Assembly: GCA_965228965.1 (NCBI GenBank) | Contig: OZ245849.1 | Span: 1,280,350-1,344,349 of the forward strand | Source of the DNA: Bythopirellula sp. | GTDB lineage: Bacteria > Planctomycetota > Planctomycetia > Pirellulales > Lacipirellulaceae | Reading direction: 5' to 3' | DNA: 64,000 bases | Part shown: positions 1 through 15,000 of the stretch, piece by piece | Layout of the letters: each line of letters begins with the position of its first letter | Position numbering within the stretch: the stretch's first letter is position 1 | Made by a program: the position numbers and the translations under genes | The notes under the pieces: model-generated | What the model was told of the DNA's origin: nothing | The model's input: only the letters and a program-made list of their open reading frames with translations | Databases searched by the model: none

Positions 1-3000
1 CCATCGCTTCCAATTCCAGCTCATCAAATAGTGAGTCTCTGGATTCCCATCCAAGGTTCTCCTCGGAAACACCCACGGTTGACTCGAGAGTCTCATCGTC
101 GGTGGAGTTTCGCGCGGGCACGCGATAGTCGTTTCTCAGAACCCGGTCACGAACTGATTCGCGATAAGCGCTTCTCTCAAGAGTCGACTCTTCAATCAGC
201 GAATCAGGCAATGCTGAATCGATAGCGAGGAGCACTGCCGCATCTATTGCAATCAGCTCTGTTGGGCTGGTGGATCGCACTGCGGACGCAGCGGCAATAT
301 TCTCAGCAGTTGAGAAGGCGGCTTCCCCGGCAGCGAGACTCTGCAGCGCGCCTGTGCCATAGTCGGCTAGCCACTGACCTAAATCGTCGCTGTCGACGTC
401 GCCGTCGTTGTCGGCATCGCCATCGGCCTTGGTAGCATTGGGCGCCTGAATGCCAAACCCTCGCTGCCAGCTCAGGAAATCCGCGCCATCGACGTCGCCA
501 TCACCGTCGAAGTCGGCAGGTTCACCCGTTGCTAACAACTGGATGCCGAAGTTGACACCGCTGGTGGTCGAGCCGTTTAAGATCGTTTCGCGCTGCGCTC
601 GGTCGATCACGCGGTTTGCCAAGAACAACACCGACTCAGAGCCCAGTCCATTGGCAATAGCCAGGTCGAGAATCGGATCGTCGTCCAGCTGCGCCGCTAC
701 GATGCTCACTGCCAACGGGTTGGGTACCGCCGCCGACCCGGAAACCTCCGCTGTGAAACTGCCCGAACCGTCATTCCGCAGCAGCGTAAAACCTTCGTCA
801 CTGGCATTGGTCACGGCCAGATCAATGTCGCCATCGCCGTCTAGGTCCTCGGCGGTCAACGCCGTTGGCCCAAGTCCAGCTTCCGTGAACGATGGAAGGG
901 CAAAGTTTCCGGACTGATTGTTGACCAACAGTGCTACCTGGTTGGTTTCGGGTATGGTCGCCGCCAAATCCTGGAAACCGTCGCCATTGAAATCCCCGGC
1001 TACCACGGCGAACGGTCGACCGCCGACGTTCTTGGTGATTCGCGTGAACGACAAGCCTCCGTCGTTGAACAATGCACTCACCGTATTGGCGCCGGGAAAG
1101 AGGTCGACCCAGGCCAAGTCGAGGCGATCGGTGTCATCCACCACGAAATCACTGTTGTCGTCGGTAAGCTGCACGGTGATTAACGACGCTGGATCCTGGC
1201 CGTTGGCGATCGTCGGGGCCGGAGAAACGAACCCTGCTGGAATTCTCTCTAAGAATGAAACAATCGACTGGTTGACGTGCACGGTGACGATGTCGACATC
1301 GCCGTCTTGATCAAAGTCGCCTGGAGCGGTGAACCAGGGAGCGTACGGTGCAATGGCATCGGACCTCACGAAACCACCACTCTGGTTGTTCACCAACACC
1401 GACACAAAGTTCGTGCCCGCATAGCCGACGATCAGATCAACGTAGTCACCATCGTCGATTTGATCGTCGCTGTTGTCGTCGTCGAACTGCACAGCCTGAA
1501 TCGAAATCGGAGCCGCACCTACGTTAACGATCGTAGGAGCTTGGAAACCGCCTTGGCCATCGCCGAAAAAGACGGACAACGTTGTTTGACCAGCGTTGAC
1601 CACGGCAAGGTCTTGATTACCGTCGCGGTCGAAGTCGCCGCTGGCGATTGAGTTCGGCTGAGTTTGCGTTTCCAGGGAACTCGTGAGCGGTCGGTTGTCG
1701 ACGCCGGATGGTGAAGTTTGTGTGCCGTTGACCGGAACGACCACCCGCACGGCGTATTCCCCTGCGACCACGTTGTCAAACTGGTAGTCGCCATCCTGAT
1801 TGGTAACGTCCGTTGGTTCTCCGCCGTCGAGTTGACCGTTGTCGTTGAAGTCGAGGTACACCGTGACACCCGAGATCCCCAACTCGCCGGCGTCCTGATC
1901 GCCATCAGCGTTGATGTCGTTGAAAATCTGTCCGGCTAGATCTCCATTGCCGGAACCACCGATCCCTTCCTCGACATTGCCGAAATCGACACCAGTGCGT
2001 GACTCACCGGCATTCAGAAAGACGGTCTGGCTCTGATTTGCGGTTGGGAACGTCTGTACCCAACCCAGTTGGGGTACTTCGGCAATAGAGTAGGTGCGCT
2101 CGCTGGCCAAGTTCAGAAACTCGTAAGCGCCGTTGGTGTCGGTCACTACGAGTTGCTCGCCATCGTCGTGCTGCTGATTGTTGTTTTCGTCGAGGTAGAT
2201 CTCCCAGCCAGCGAGCCCAGGTTCGAACGGATCTTTAAATCCATCGCCGTTTAGATCGTGGAACTTCTGACCGCGGATCTCCCCAGGCAGTGCTCTAGCA
2301 CCAAAATCGATGTTTGAGAACGCGTCGCCCGTTCGGACGGTGACATTCCAGACGTCGACGCCGGGCACACCAAAGGCCGTTGCCTGGGACGCGGCGATCG
2401 GTCCATCGTCGGTTGAAGTCGCCGCCAAAGCGATTTGTCCATCGTCAGCTCCGCCTAGCGCAGCCAGGGCTCCTCCAGCCGAGACCTCGTAGGCACCAAT
2501 GTCGATCGTGGAGTTTTCAATGCGACTTTCGCCGCGCTGATCAGTCACGGGGGGCGATACTATCGCGCCATCTCCCACATCGATAGCTGGACTGCCATCC
2601 AGTAGCGAGTGTGTTTGTGTGGGGCCACCATTGTTCGCCAGTACCCCTAAAAGCGGGTCTAAAGGCGTACCGGAAGAACCAACTTGATCACCGGTGGCAG
2701 CAAACACGGCCCCATCATCGATCCCGATCAGATTGTATCCCTGCGAACTGAAGCCGCCCTGTATGTCTCGACCCCCACTCGTCGACGAATTGCCGGCGAT
2801 GATCGAGTGCGTGACACTGATGTCGGCACCGTAACTGGCAACACCGCCGCCAGCGCCATCGCCACTGTTGTTGGTAATCGTGCTATGCCTGATCGTTAGA
2901 TTGGCCACGTTGACAATGCCGCCGCCCAGCGACGTGGCCATATTCCCAGAAATCGTACTGGAGTCAATCGTAACCATACCGCCGTAAGAATAGATGCCAC

Positions 3001-6000
3001 CCCCGTTGTAGGCCATGTTGTTGGCAAGCGTGGTCCGAATCAAGTCTACCGTACCGCTGTAAGTAAATAGTCCGCCGCCGCCAGAGGAGGCAGAATTGGC
3101 AATATTGCCACTGAGCGTGGAGGCGGTTAGCGTGAGCGCACCACTCGCCTGGTAAATGGCGGCCCCCGATTCGTCAGCCGTGTTGCCGCTCGCTGCCACT
3201 CGCGTGAGCGATACAGTTCCGCCATCGTTGTAGATTGCGCCGCCGTCTTCCTCACCGGAAGCGGTCGCACTTCCACCTGTCAGCGTCAAATCAAGCAGGC
3301 TCAACGTCGCTCCCGAGGCGACATCGAAGAGACGGTCGATTCCCTGGGCGTCGATCGTCGTTTGTCCTGTGCCCGCACCAAAGATGGTGACGGACGTGGT
3401 CGCGGAAAACAGATCAAGGTCGCCGACCGTTGCGTTATTCGACTCGGTCCCTGTCAAGTTCAGCGTGTAGGTGAGCCCATCCAGCAGGATCGAAGTGATA
3501 CCCACCTGTTGATTAGCCTCCATGATCGCGGCCCGCAAACTCGTATTCCCGCTCGCGTCCAATGCCTGACCGTCGCCTGGGTTGGCATCAACAGTATCGG
3601 CCGTGGTGTTGACGATAAAGCCGCCGAAGAACTCGACCGAACCGATGTCCACGACAGCCGTCAGATTGTCGTCGCCGTCAAGGATTCGTCGCAAGTCGCG
3701 TTGGTCTTTTGGGCGTGCCTGCGTGTTGCTACCCGCGTCGATCAACGGGCTGCCGGCCATGGGGGCGTGGGTCAGTGTTGTGCCACCGTTGTCCTGCAAC
3801 GCACCCAGGAGCGGATCGATCGCACCGCTGCCGGCACTATCGCCAACCTGGTCGTCGTTAACCCCATCAACGAGCCCAGTTGCCGAGCCAATGTCGCCAA
3901 TCAGATTGTTGCCGAGCGAGACGAAACTGCCGGACACATCCACATCTGCGGTTGACGTGGATGAGTTGCCCGCGACCACGGTATTGAGCAAAGTTGCCGT
4001 TCCGGAGTTGACGTAAATGCCCCCAGCTTCGTCATCGGCCGTATTGTTGGTGATCGTCGAAGCCTCGACAGTCAAGCTGCCTGACTGCTGAAACACCGCG
4101 CCACCGCGCCGGTTGGATCCTGCAATAATCGAATTACCGGAGAAGGTGCTACTTGTGGCTGTGGCAGTCCCTTCGTTGTGCAGCCCGCCACCGTTACGGG
4201 CAACGTTGTTGGAGAAGGTGCTGTCGATAATGGTTACAGTTGCTGCGGCCAGATTCCGCAGACCACCACCATCGGAATTGGACATGTTGCCATCGATCGT
4301 TGCCGCCTCAATACGTACCGTGCCGCGGTTGAGGATGCCACCCCCGGCGGCATTGAGGCCTAGGCCGCTGCGGGTACCGCCAGTGATTGTGATCCCGCTG
4401 AAACCGGCAAACTGATCGGCGAGGACTTCAAACACGCGGTCGCCCAACCCGCTGGCGTCGATAATCGTAACGTCGGCACCGGCGCCCACGATACTCACGT
4501 GGTCAGTGATGTCGAGGTCGCCCGTGGCGGCAGCATTTTCACTCGCCCCTGACAGCGTGAGTGTATAAGTGCCTGGTCCGAGGGTGATCGTGTCGAACCC
4601 AGCCGAGGCATTGGCTTCTTGAATCGCAGCACGCAGAGAAGTTAGTCCGCCGGCATCCTGTGCCACGCCATCTCCGGGGGTGGCATCGACCGAATCGGTC
4701 GTCGTGTTCACGACAAACGTTGTTCCGCCTAAGTCGACTTCCACGGCACCGACGTCGATGGTTGCCACGCCGTCGGGTTCGCCATCGAGAACACGAGTAG
4801 TGCCACGCTGATCGGTGGCGGGTACACCGGTGCTATTGCCTGCATCAATGGCCGGACTGCCAGATTGGGGCACGTGTGTTTGCGTTGGACCGCCGTTGTC
4901 TTGCAGGGGGCCGAGCAGCGGATCGATGGGCGATAAGTCATCACCGACTTGGTCGCCGTTGACTCCGTCGGCGAGGCCGGTGGCATCACCGACATCGCCG
5001 ATAAGGTTGTTTCCTTCCGAGTTGAAGGCTCCCACCACATCCGAGCCATCGTCGTCCGACTGATTGCCTGCCACGATCGTGCTATTTAACTCGAGCGTCC
5101 CGCCTGCAGAAACGAAAATCCCACCGCCGTAGTAGCCGACGGGGCCCACGCGGCGGGCAAAGATTCCTTGGTCGTCGCCAGGTCCGTTTCCATCCCACAC
5201 GATGAAGCCGGATCCATCAGCGGCGACTGCAATATCGCCATCCTTTTGATCACCGGCAGTAGTCTGGCTGATTATCTCAGCTGCAGTGACGGGTTTCGCC
5301 TGCGCATTGTACTGTCGTACGTAAACATCTTGATCGCTTGCCCCATCAGCCTGAGCCGACCACGCAATCGCAAATCCGCCATTTGGAAGCGGCGCAATTG
5401 TCGGTGACATCCAGACCGTATCGGTAGATTGGAAAACCACGAACTCGTCGCCAATAGGAGTGCCCAACCGATCGAACTGCCGACCTCTGATCGAAGCCCC
5501 GCTCTCCCTCCACACCGCGACAAATCCAGAGTCGAGTGTGTAAATGGCGGTATCGAATAGAGGTGGTCCGGTGGATGCCTTTAGCTGAACGTCTCCTGTA
5601 AGCGCATTTAATGACGAGTCGAAAACGCGGGCTTCAATCGCACTCTGTTCGGACCAAACGACCACAAAGCCGCCATCGCTCCACAATCCAACGTCTTGTC
5701 TCAGCTGATTACCTGAAGAGTCGAGATTGGCTCGAACTTCGCCAGTAAGTGCGATTGCATCCAAGTCATACTGGCGGGCATACACGTCGCCAGGTGCACC
5801 AGGACTATCATGGATAACCACGTAACCGTTATCGGCAGCCGCCAGTTGTACCGAGGTTTGATTTCCTGCCTGCGTTTCATTCACTCGAAATGTGGACGTT
5901 GTCGAACCACTGAAGTCGGAATAATGCCATGCCCGAATTCCTACGCCATCGTTGTCGATCCCAGTACCGGCGAAGGCGATGATATGTGAGCCATCTGGCG

Positions 6001-9000
6001 CTACAGATACGGCGGGACGGTGGCGCCTGTTTGCCGATGCGTTGTTGACACGGAAATTTTCTCCGCTAAGAGATCCGTTTGGAAGGAATCGTTGCGCATA
6101 GACATCTTGGTCCTCGGTTCCTGATTCACCACCGTCCCAGGCGATTATTGAGTGGCCACTCGCATTCGTGCTGACATCTGCGAAGTCCTGCGTCCCTGTC
6201 GTGCCATCGTTGACTTTGAACTCGTTCCCAATTGGCTGGAGTTGCCTAAACGCACCAACTCCGGCAGCTGCATTGTCCGCAATCGTCGAGTTAGCAATAC
6301 TGGCCGTCGCAGTGGCCGTGCTAAAGAATCCACCTCCTTCCGCTGTTGCCGAGTTACCGCTCAGCGTGCTACTTCTGACCATCGCGGCACCATTGTTGTA
6401 AATTCCGCCGCCCGAGTCGGCACTATTTCCGCTGACGGTGCTACTATCTACGGTGAGCGTACCCAAGTTGGCTATGCCGCCGCCATTCAGAGCGAACTGT
6501 GCTGTATTGAACAGCAAGTTGACGGCACCTACATCTCGATTTGCAACGACCAGGTCGAGCCAGCCGTCACCATCAAAATCGGCCAGATCATTCTTGAAGG
6601 CGTCGTCTCCGACTTCAAATCTCTGTGGGCTTCTAAAGGTGCCATTGCCCAGACCTAGAAGTATGTGTATCGCTCCGTCGTCGAATGCCGACACGATCAA
6701 ATCTAGTGCACCGTCCCGATCGATATCGCCAGCTACGATATCACTCAGGATGGAGGGAGAAGCGGTCTCGATAGGAATAAGCGTCGCCGCCTGGAAACTC
6801 CCATCACCGTTACCCAAACGAAGGCTTATGGTTTGGGTCGTCGATCGACTAACAACTAAATCGAGATTTCCGTCTTCATTGAAATCTTCCAGCAGCACAA
6901 AACCGGCGTCATCCGCTTCAGGAATGGTCTCAGAGACACTGAATTGGAACGTCTCCGGGCCGCCTGACTGCTGACCAAACAGGACCGTGACACTTTCGCC
7001 TGCTTGATTACCTACCACAGCATCGAGCAGTGCATCACCGTTCAAAAAACCCAGTGCGACAGAACTAGAATTCGTATCGACGTTGTTGCTAGTGACCGTC
7101 GGAGCAGAACCTGGGTTGATCAACAGTAACAATAGACCCTGTGATGCACTGAAACCATTGGCTGCGACAATGTCTTCAACGCCGTCTCCGTTAACGTCCA
7201 CCAGTTCAAAGTCATTAAACTCTGTTCCAAAAGAGGCAAGCGGTACGGGCTCGACCGAAAAATTGCCGTTTCCATCGCCTGATAGGACTCGAATATCACC
7301 ACTTCCACCTCCGCCGGAACCATGAGTAACGACAATATCCGGATTCCCGTCACCGGTCACATCGGAATGCAGTCGAGCGCCTGACGGGCGGTTGCCGAGT
7401 CCCGGGATAACGGTTGGAGTAAAGACGCCCTGTCCATCATTGCGGAAAACGGTAATGCTCGCGTCGTCATAATTGGGCGCAATGAAGTCAATGTCTCCGT
7501 CGCCATCAATGTCGCCTGGTGATACTCCGTACGTTCCTCCACTCGCGGGATCGTATTCCTGTCTAGCAGCAAACAGCGTGTTCGGTCCAAACGACTGATT
7601 GTTGGATAGCGTAGATCGCGTAACGGTGGCAACAGCTCCGGTACTGTTATAGATTCCGCCTCCTGCTGCCCGCTCGGCGATATTGCCGTCAACCACGGCG
7701 CTGTCAACGTTCAGCATGCCACTGTTGCGGATACCTCCTCCAGGAGCACCATTGCTATTTCCACCTTGAAGGCTGATGAACGAAACCGACAAGCTTCCGC
7801 CAGCTAATACGTCTACCACACGATCCAATTCTGCCGCATCGACGATCGTCACATCAGCGCCGCTGCCCACAAGCGTGATGTTGGCTGTGATGTCTAGGTC
7901 GCCTGTGGCCGCCAGGTCTTCCTGTATGCCAGCAATGGATAGTCCATAAGTTCCAGGCGGCAAGGCAATCGTCTGCGCACCGCCCAAGGCGTTCGCTTCC
8001 ATCACGGCTGCTCGCAGTGATGTGTTGCCATTGGCATCGATCGCCAGGCCGTCACCAGGGTTGATGTCGACTGTGTCAAGCGTGGTGTTGACCAGGAAAC
8101 CATCCAGCACCTCAACCGCACCAACGTCCGCAGTGGCGGTCTGATCACCGTCGCCATCGAGTATTCGCGGCACACCGCGCTGATCAACCGCGGAAGTGGT
8201 GGAATTGTTGCCTGCATCGATCGCCGGACTACCAGATTGTGGCACGTGTGTTTGCGTTGGACCACCGTTGTCTTGAAGAGGGCCCAGCAGCGGATCGATG
8301 GGCGACATTGCCGTCCCGACTTGATCACCGTTGACTCCGTCGGTGAGACCCGTCGCGTTGCCCACCTCGCCAATCAGGTTGCCCGCGAGAGAAGTAAACC
8401 CGCCCACGATGTCGGGGGCATTGTTCCCCACCGCATTAGCCGCTACTAGGGTGTTTTGCAGATTGACTGTACCGCCATCGGCGTTGTAGATCCCGTTTGC
8501 AAACTCCAGCGGCGTCTGGAAGCGCCGCGCATAGATCCCTACCGCATCGGTATCGCCATTACCGTGCCAGACGACGACGGCATTGCCATCAGCGTCGAGA
8601 TCGACTCGCGAGAAAAACTGTCCCACTTCGGCTGTTGTCGGGACGATGAATTCATCGCCAAGCGGATTACCATCCGCGTCGAATGCCCTAGCGTAGATGA
8701 CGTCACTTACGGCCTCCGACCAAGTAACGACGAACTGACCGCGTCGATTCATGCCCACGTCCGACGTGCCGTGGTCGCCGATGCTGTTTTGATTGACCTG
8801 GAATTCGTCACTGAGTGGGTTGCCGGACAGATCAAACCGACGCGCGAAGACGTCCGAATTGCCATCGACGTGTCGCGTGCCCCAGCTAATCACGACCTGG
8901 TCGGCATTCATTTCGACCGATGGAACCGTTTGATTATCGTTGGTGGCGTTGTTCACGCGAAATTCTGATCCACGCGGCGAACCGTCGACGTTGTACAGCT

Positions 9001-12000
9001 GCGCATAGATCCCCGAGAGCGATCCATCCTGGCCGTCGCGGTCTTCCCAGACCACGATCGACTCGCCGCTGGCGTTCATGGCAGCCGTCAAGCGCTCCTG
9101 CCGACCGGCGGTGGTCGTGTTCACAGTAAGCGGCCCGGCGATGGTACTGTCGACAACGTCGTACCAACGGGCCCGCGCCGCAGAATCGCTTCCGTCGGCA
9201 CTGGAGTCCTCGTCTTGCCAGGCAACCAGCAGGTTGCCATCGTCTGCCAATGCAGACCAGGGCATTCTCTGCTGTCCGGTGACACTTGTGTTGACCGAGA
9301 AGGCGCTCGTCAACGGCGTGCCGTCAGACGCGAAGCGGCGGGCGAACACGTCGAAGAGGTTACCACCATTCCCACCCCCGTATGCGACGACGAAGTCGCC
9401 ACTGTCATTTATGCTGACATTCGGAAATAGTCGATTCTCGGCACTGCCTGGCGAGATTTGAAATACAGGACCGAGCGTCCCGCTGTCCGCGGAATAGATC
9501 CGCCCAAAGATCTCGTTTGCCTGGCCGGTATGGCCACTCTCCCAGGCGACGACGTACTGTCCGTCCTCGTTCATAGCCAGGTGGGCTTGCTGCTGCGATG
9601 AGTTTACTGTCGCATTGACGCGAAACTCGTCGCCGTCCGGCTCAAGGAACGTTGCGGCTGTCAGTCCCGAGACGGAGTTATCGGTCACAGTCGTGCTAGT
9701 AATGTTTGCGACAGCCGTGGCAGAGTTATAGATGGCCCCCGCTTGGGTCGTGGCTGCGTTCCCGCTGAAAGTACTGTTGGTGATCGTGGCGGTGCCATCA
9801 TTCCAGAGACCGCCACCCGCGTCGGCGTTGTTAGTACTGATCGTACTGGCGTCGATCGTAACGTCGCCAAAGTTGGCTACGCCACCGCCGACGGGAGTAA
9901 CAGGCGCGCTGAATGTGCGTGCGAATATTCCATCTGGATCACCTGGTCCATTGCCAAACCACGTCGACCAAATCTTGTCGGCGCTACTGGCCGCCATTCG
10001 AATTCGGCTCTGCGCTAAAGCAGTTGTCTCATTGACCAAGAACTCGGGCCCAGTTGGCTGGCCCGCGGAATCTAGGCGCCTGGCAAACACATCTTGCTCA
10101 TCGTCGGTGACCCAAATGCGCCAGCTAAGAAGAAACCCTCCATCATCGAGCGCCGTCAGGTGCGGGACCGTATTTTTCTGCGCTGTGGTAGAAACCACCA
10201 CGATTTCACCGCCCACTGGGTTACCCATCAAGTCGAAACGCTGTCCCAGCACATCAAAGCCATTTCCCCCGGCAGGTGCACTCTCCCAGATAACTAAGAA
10301 TCCATCGTCGGTAGCAGCGACATTTGAGAACGCCTGATACGGCAAGCCAGCCAATGTTTCTACTGGAGATGTATTGACTGTGATTTCAGCGTTGATGCCT
10401 CCCAGCAGACTGCCGGACGCATCGAAACGAGAGACGTAGATCGCGTCGATGGGATCACTCGTTGTAAGTCCTGAATGACTCTGCCAACTGACGTAAAAGC
10501 TGCCGTCATCGGCCATAGCTACATCTGGGCTTACCTGCATATTGGTTGTAGTTGAGTTGATCAAGAACTCACTGCCCAGAGGATTCCCATTTGAGTCGTA
10601 TCGCCTGGCAAACACATCGTACGTAGCACTGGCTCCACCATCTCGATCAACCCAAACGACGACAAACTTTCCATCAGCTGCCATGCTAATCGTTGGCCGC
10701 GTCTGATCGCCGACCGAGGTCGTGTTGACCTGAGTAGGCGCACCGAGGGGCGTGCCACCGGCATCATAGCGCTGCAACAATATCCCAGCACCGTCGCCAT
10801 CGCCTTCCGCATCAATTCCGTACCAGACCACAGCAAATCGACCGGAATCGTCGATCGCCACGCGTTGATCTTCTTTCGTGCCAGTCGCAGGCGAGACAAT
10901 GATTTCTGAACCCACAGATTGCCCAGTTGCATCATAACGCTGCGCACGAATGGAACGCTGATCGGGAGCATCGTTCTCGAAGCTGGTCCAGGTAACTACG
11001 GTCTGGCCAGCGTCGTTTGTAGCGACGTCCGGGTTGTACTCCATGCCCGCGTCACTGGTATTAATCAGGAACTCAGCGGAGGCATCCGTTAGAAATCCAG
11101 CGCTGGCAGACGCCAGATTGTCGCGAACAGACGACGCCAGAAGTTGAAGTGTGCCGAGATTGCGAACGCCGCCACCTTCGGTAACGGTTGCGCCACCCGT
11201 AACCGTAACGCTCGACAGCGTAAGACTTCCCCCACTGCGCACATCGAACACCCGGTCGATCTGCGCCGCATCAATGGTCGTTTGATCGGCACCATTCCCG
11301 ACAATCGTGATCTCCGCGGTGACATCCAAGTCACCGGTAGCAGCAAGGTCTTCCCCGACGCCCAGGATCGTCAGCGTATACGTGCCAGACGCCAGGATGA
11401 TCGAGTGCGATCCACCCAGGGCGTTGGCTTCCATGATGGCGGCGCGCAAACTAGTGTTGCCTGCGCCGTCCTGAGCCACACCGTCGCCCGGGTTAGCATC
11501 GACGGTGTCCAGCGTGCTGTTGACCAGAAAACCGGCGACAAACTCCACGGCACCAATATCGATCGTTGCCGCCTGATCGCCATTGCCGTCTAAAACGCGG
11601 GGAGCTCCGCGCTGATCGGTGACCAGAGAACCGGCGCTGCCACCTGCGTCAATCGCTGGGCTGCCGGCAAGCGGAGTATGGGTCAACGTCGTACCGCCGT
11701 TGTCGGCGAGCGGACCTAGCAGCGGATCAATAACGCCGCTGCCTGCGCTGTCACCGACCAAGTCGCCGTTCACTCCGTCGCTAAGACCCGTGGCCGTGCC
11801 GATGTCGCCGATCAAGTTGTTGCCCAGCGAAGTGAAGTTGAGTCCCGCCAGGTCCGCTCCACTCGAACCGGTGTTCGCTGCGACAATCGTATTCTGCAGT
11901 GACACGCTCGCACCGACGTCAAGTCGTTCGATGCCTCCACCGGCACCGGTCGCCGAATTGGCGGTTATCGTGCTACTCGTCGCGATCAAGGTGCCCTGGA

Positions 12001-15000
12001 CACTAAAACCGCCGCCTTGAGTCGAAGAATTTCCCGATACCGTGCTATTGTCCAACGTGAGGGTGGTTGCGCCGTTGAGAAAGACGCCGCCGCCGGTGCT
12101 CGTTGTCGAATTGTTGGAAATCGTACTCGCTGTCACTTCGACCGTCCCAGAATTGACGCTTATGCCACCACCACTAAGAGCCATGTTGTTGTCGATAGTG
12201 CTTTCAACGATTGTCGTCTGGGCCGAAAAATCGTTGTGAAGACCACCGCCGATGTTGGTCGACGTGTTGTTGCGAATATCGACTCGAGTCAGTGAAGTCA
12301 GACCGCCAGAGATGGAGATGCCGCCACCTCTACTCGTGGCGTTGTTCATACTGAAAGTCGAATCAACAATCGTCACGGTTCCGCTATGAATCAGCAATCC
12401 ACCGCCATCGTCCGCGCTTCCGCCCGTAACCGTTAGGCCACTGAAGTCAACGATTGCGCTATTCAGAACTTCAAACACGCGATCGAGGCCCGCTGCATCG
12501 ATAGTCGTTGATGAAGCGCCTGCACCGATGAACTCGATATTGGCCGTAATATCGAGGTCACCCGTTGCAGCTAAGTCTTCGCTTGCCCCGGCAATCGACA
12601 GCGCGTAGGTCTCAGCACTCAATAGAATCTTGTGCGTGCCGCCCAGCGCGTTGGCCTCCATGATTGCCGCACGCAAACTTGTGTTGCCAGAAACATCCGA
12701 CGCAACTCCATCGCCGAGGTTGACGTCGGGCGTGTCGGAAGTGGTGTTCACAATAAAACCATCGAACACCTCAACGGCACCGATGTCGAACTGTGCGAGC
12801 CCATCATCGTCTCCGTCGAGTGGTCGTGGATTGCGACGTTGGTCGTCAGCTGGAGCACCATTACTTGTGCCCGCATCGATTGCTGGGCTGCCCGTCAGCG
12901 GAAGGTGGGTTTCAGTTCGACCGCCGTTGTCAGTTAACGGCCCCAACATCGCGTTGACTACGCCGCTCCCCGCGCTGTCGCCGACAATGTCGCCGTTCAC
13001 GCCATCGGTAAGCCCCGTCGCCGAACCGATATCGCCGATTAGGTTGCTGCCACCGGAAGTGAACGGACCAACCACATCGGCGTCGCTTGCCGTGCCGGTG
13101 TTGCCGGCGACAATCGTGTTGACTAGCGTAAAGGCACCACTGCCGGTCGAGATGCCGCCGCCCGTGGTCGCCGTGTTCTCGGTGATGGTAACGTTGGTGA
13201 GCGTGACATCGTCGGAGTTAATTTTGATCGCACCGCCTGGGCCGTTGGATTGGTTGCCTGAGAAGGTGCTGTTGGTGATGATCAGCGGCCCACTGGCCAT
13301 GATCCCGCCGCCATAGGTCGTAGCCGTGTTGCCTGAGATCGTGCTGCCGCTGATGGTTGCCAGGTGATTCTGCGTGCGAATACCTCCGCCAAAGCCACCT
13401 GAATTGCCGGAGATTGTCGAATCGATGATCGTTGCCGGTCGATTGGCTTCGATACCACCCCCACCGATGTTGCCGGAGATGATGCTCCGCGTGATCGTCA
13501 ACGCGCCTGAAGCGCCACCGACGCTGATTCCGCCGCCCGTGCTGTTGATGATCGACGAGTCGGACAGCGTAACCGGGCCACTGGGGTTGAATACCAGGAT
13601 AGTGCGCTGCCCCGCGTCGGTGTTGATGTTGCCATCAAACGTGCTACCGGTGATCGTCACGACTGGCGAGGTGGAATCGTCGATGTCGAGCGCCGCACCA
13701 TACGGTGCCTGATTCGTTCGAAAGACGCTTCCTGAAATGATTAGTTCGCCACCATCAAGGCTAATTGCTCCGCCAAACTGGTCGGAGGAATTGTTCTCGA
13801 AAGTGCTATTCGAAATATCTATGGTCGATCGAAAGCCACTGATGGCTCCGCCTGGCCCTCCGACCGAACTGTTGCCCACTACCTCCACAGTATTCAAAAC
13901 CAAAGTCTGGCCGTTGCCGACCTTGATGGCACCACCGTCGGCGACAGATCCATCCGTAAGTGTCAGGTTTTGAAGTGTGAGCGTTCCGCCCGCCCGGACG
14001 TCAAATAGGCGATCGAGCGTGTTGGCGTCAATTGTGGTGACGCCCGGACCGGCTCCGACAATGGTGATGACACTAGTCACGTCGAGATCACCGGTGAGTG
14101 TTGCGTCTTCACCGGTGCCGGCAATCGTTAGTCCATAGGTGCCGGCTGACAGCTGAATGGTGTCGTCGCCGGGCAGCGCGTTGGCTTCCATCACGGCGGC
14201 ACGCAAGGTTGCATTTCCCGCATTGTCTTCGACAATTCCATCCCCCGGAGTGACATCGAGTGAGTCGCTCGTGCTGTTGACCACCAAATTGATGGGACCC
14301 GCAACGGCAATGGCCGCCGCAAACTCAGAAGTGTTTCCACCAGGATCAGTAGCCGTCGCGGAAATGAATTCCCCTAACACTGTGCCTGCAGGCAATAGCA
14401 GATCGAAGCTGGCGTTACCTGAACTGTCGGTGGTAACATCCCTGGATGCAAGGAACCGTTCGGCTTCGCCATGCCCAGCGGCGTTGGCTGAAGAGTTGGC
14501 GTAGAAATCGATTGCAAAGGTGGTATCCGCTGCGCTGTTGATTGTGCCAACGATTTGAGTATCTACCCCGTCGGTACGGGCTGACGAGAACACCGGATAG
14601 TTTTGTAGATTATTCGGTCCCGTATCCACATCGTTCAGATCGTTGTTCGTGACGCCGTTGTCCCCCAGATCGATGGGAATGCCCCCATTGGTATCGCTGG
14701 CGAAGATCTGATTGAGCCGGAACAGATTCCCAGTCCCAGTCCCATCGAGACGAATTCCCTGCTGCGTGTTATACGCGATGATATTCGCCTCAACGTTGTC
14801 GCGCGTTCCATCCACGTCGGATCCGATCCGATTCCCCGAGCCGGATACCACCACACCAGTGAAGATCCCCGAGGCGCCATTGCCCATCGCCCCGGTTCCG
14901 GTTGCATCGACGCCGATAAAGTTGCCTGCCACAATATTGTTGCCGCCGGACGTCATGCGAATGCCTTCGCGACCATTTCCAGAGACGATGTTCCGCTCTT

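Noticed and set aside
136-138. A TGA (minus strand) that I first took as the stop codon of the giant gene
   Set aside because: Codon-by-codon indexing shows it is out of frame. The correct frame reads ...[21 protein letters not shown]...FDELELEAM and stays open to position 2, so the gene is 3'-truncated by the window.
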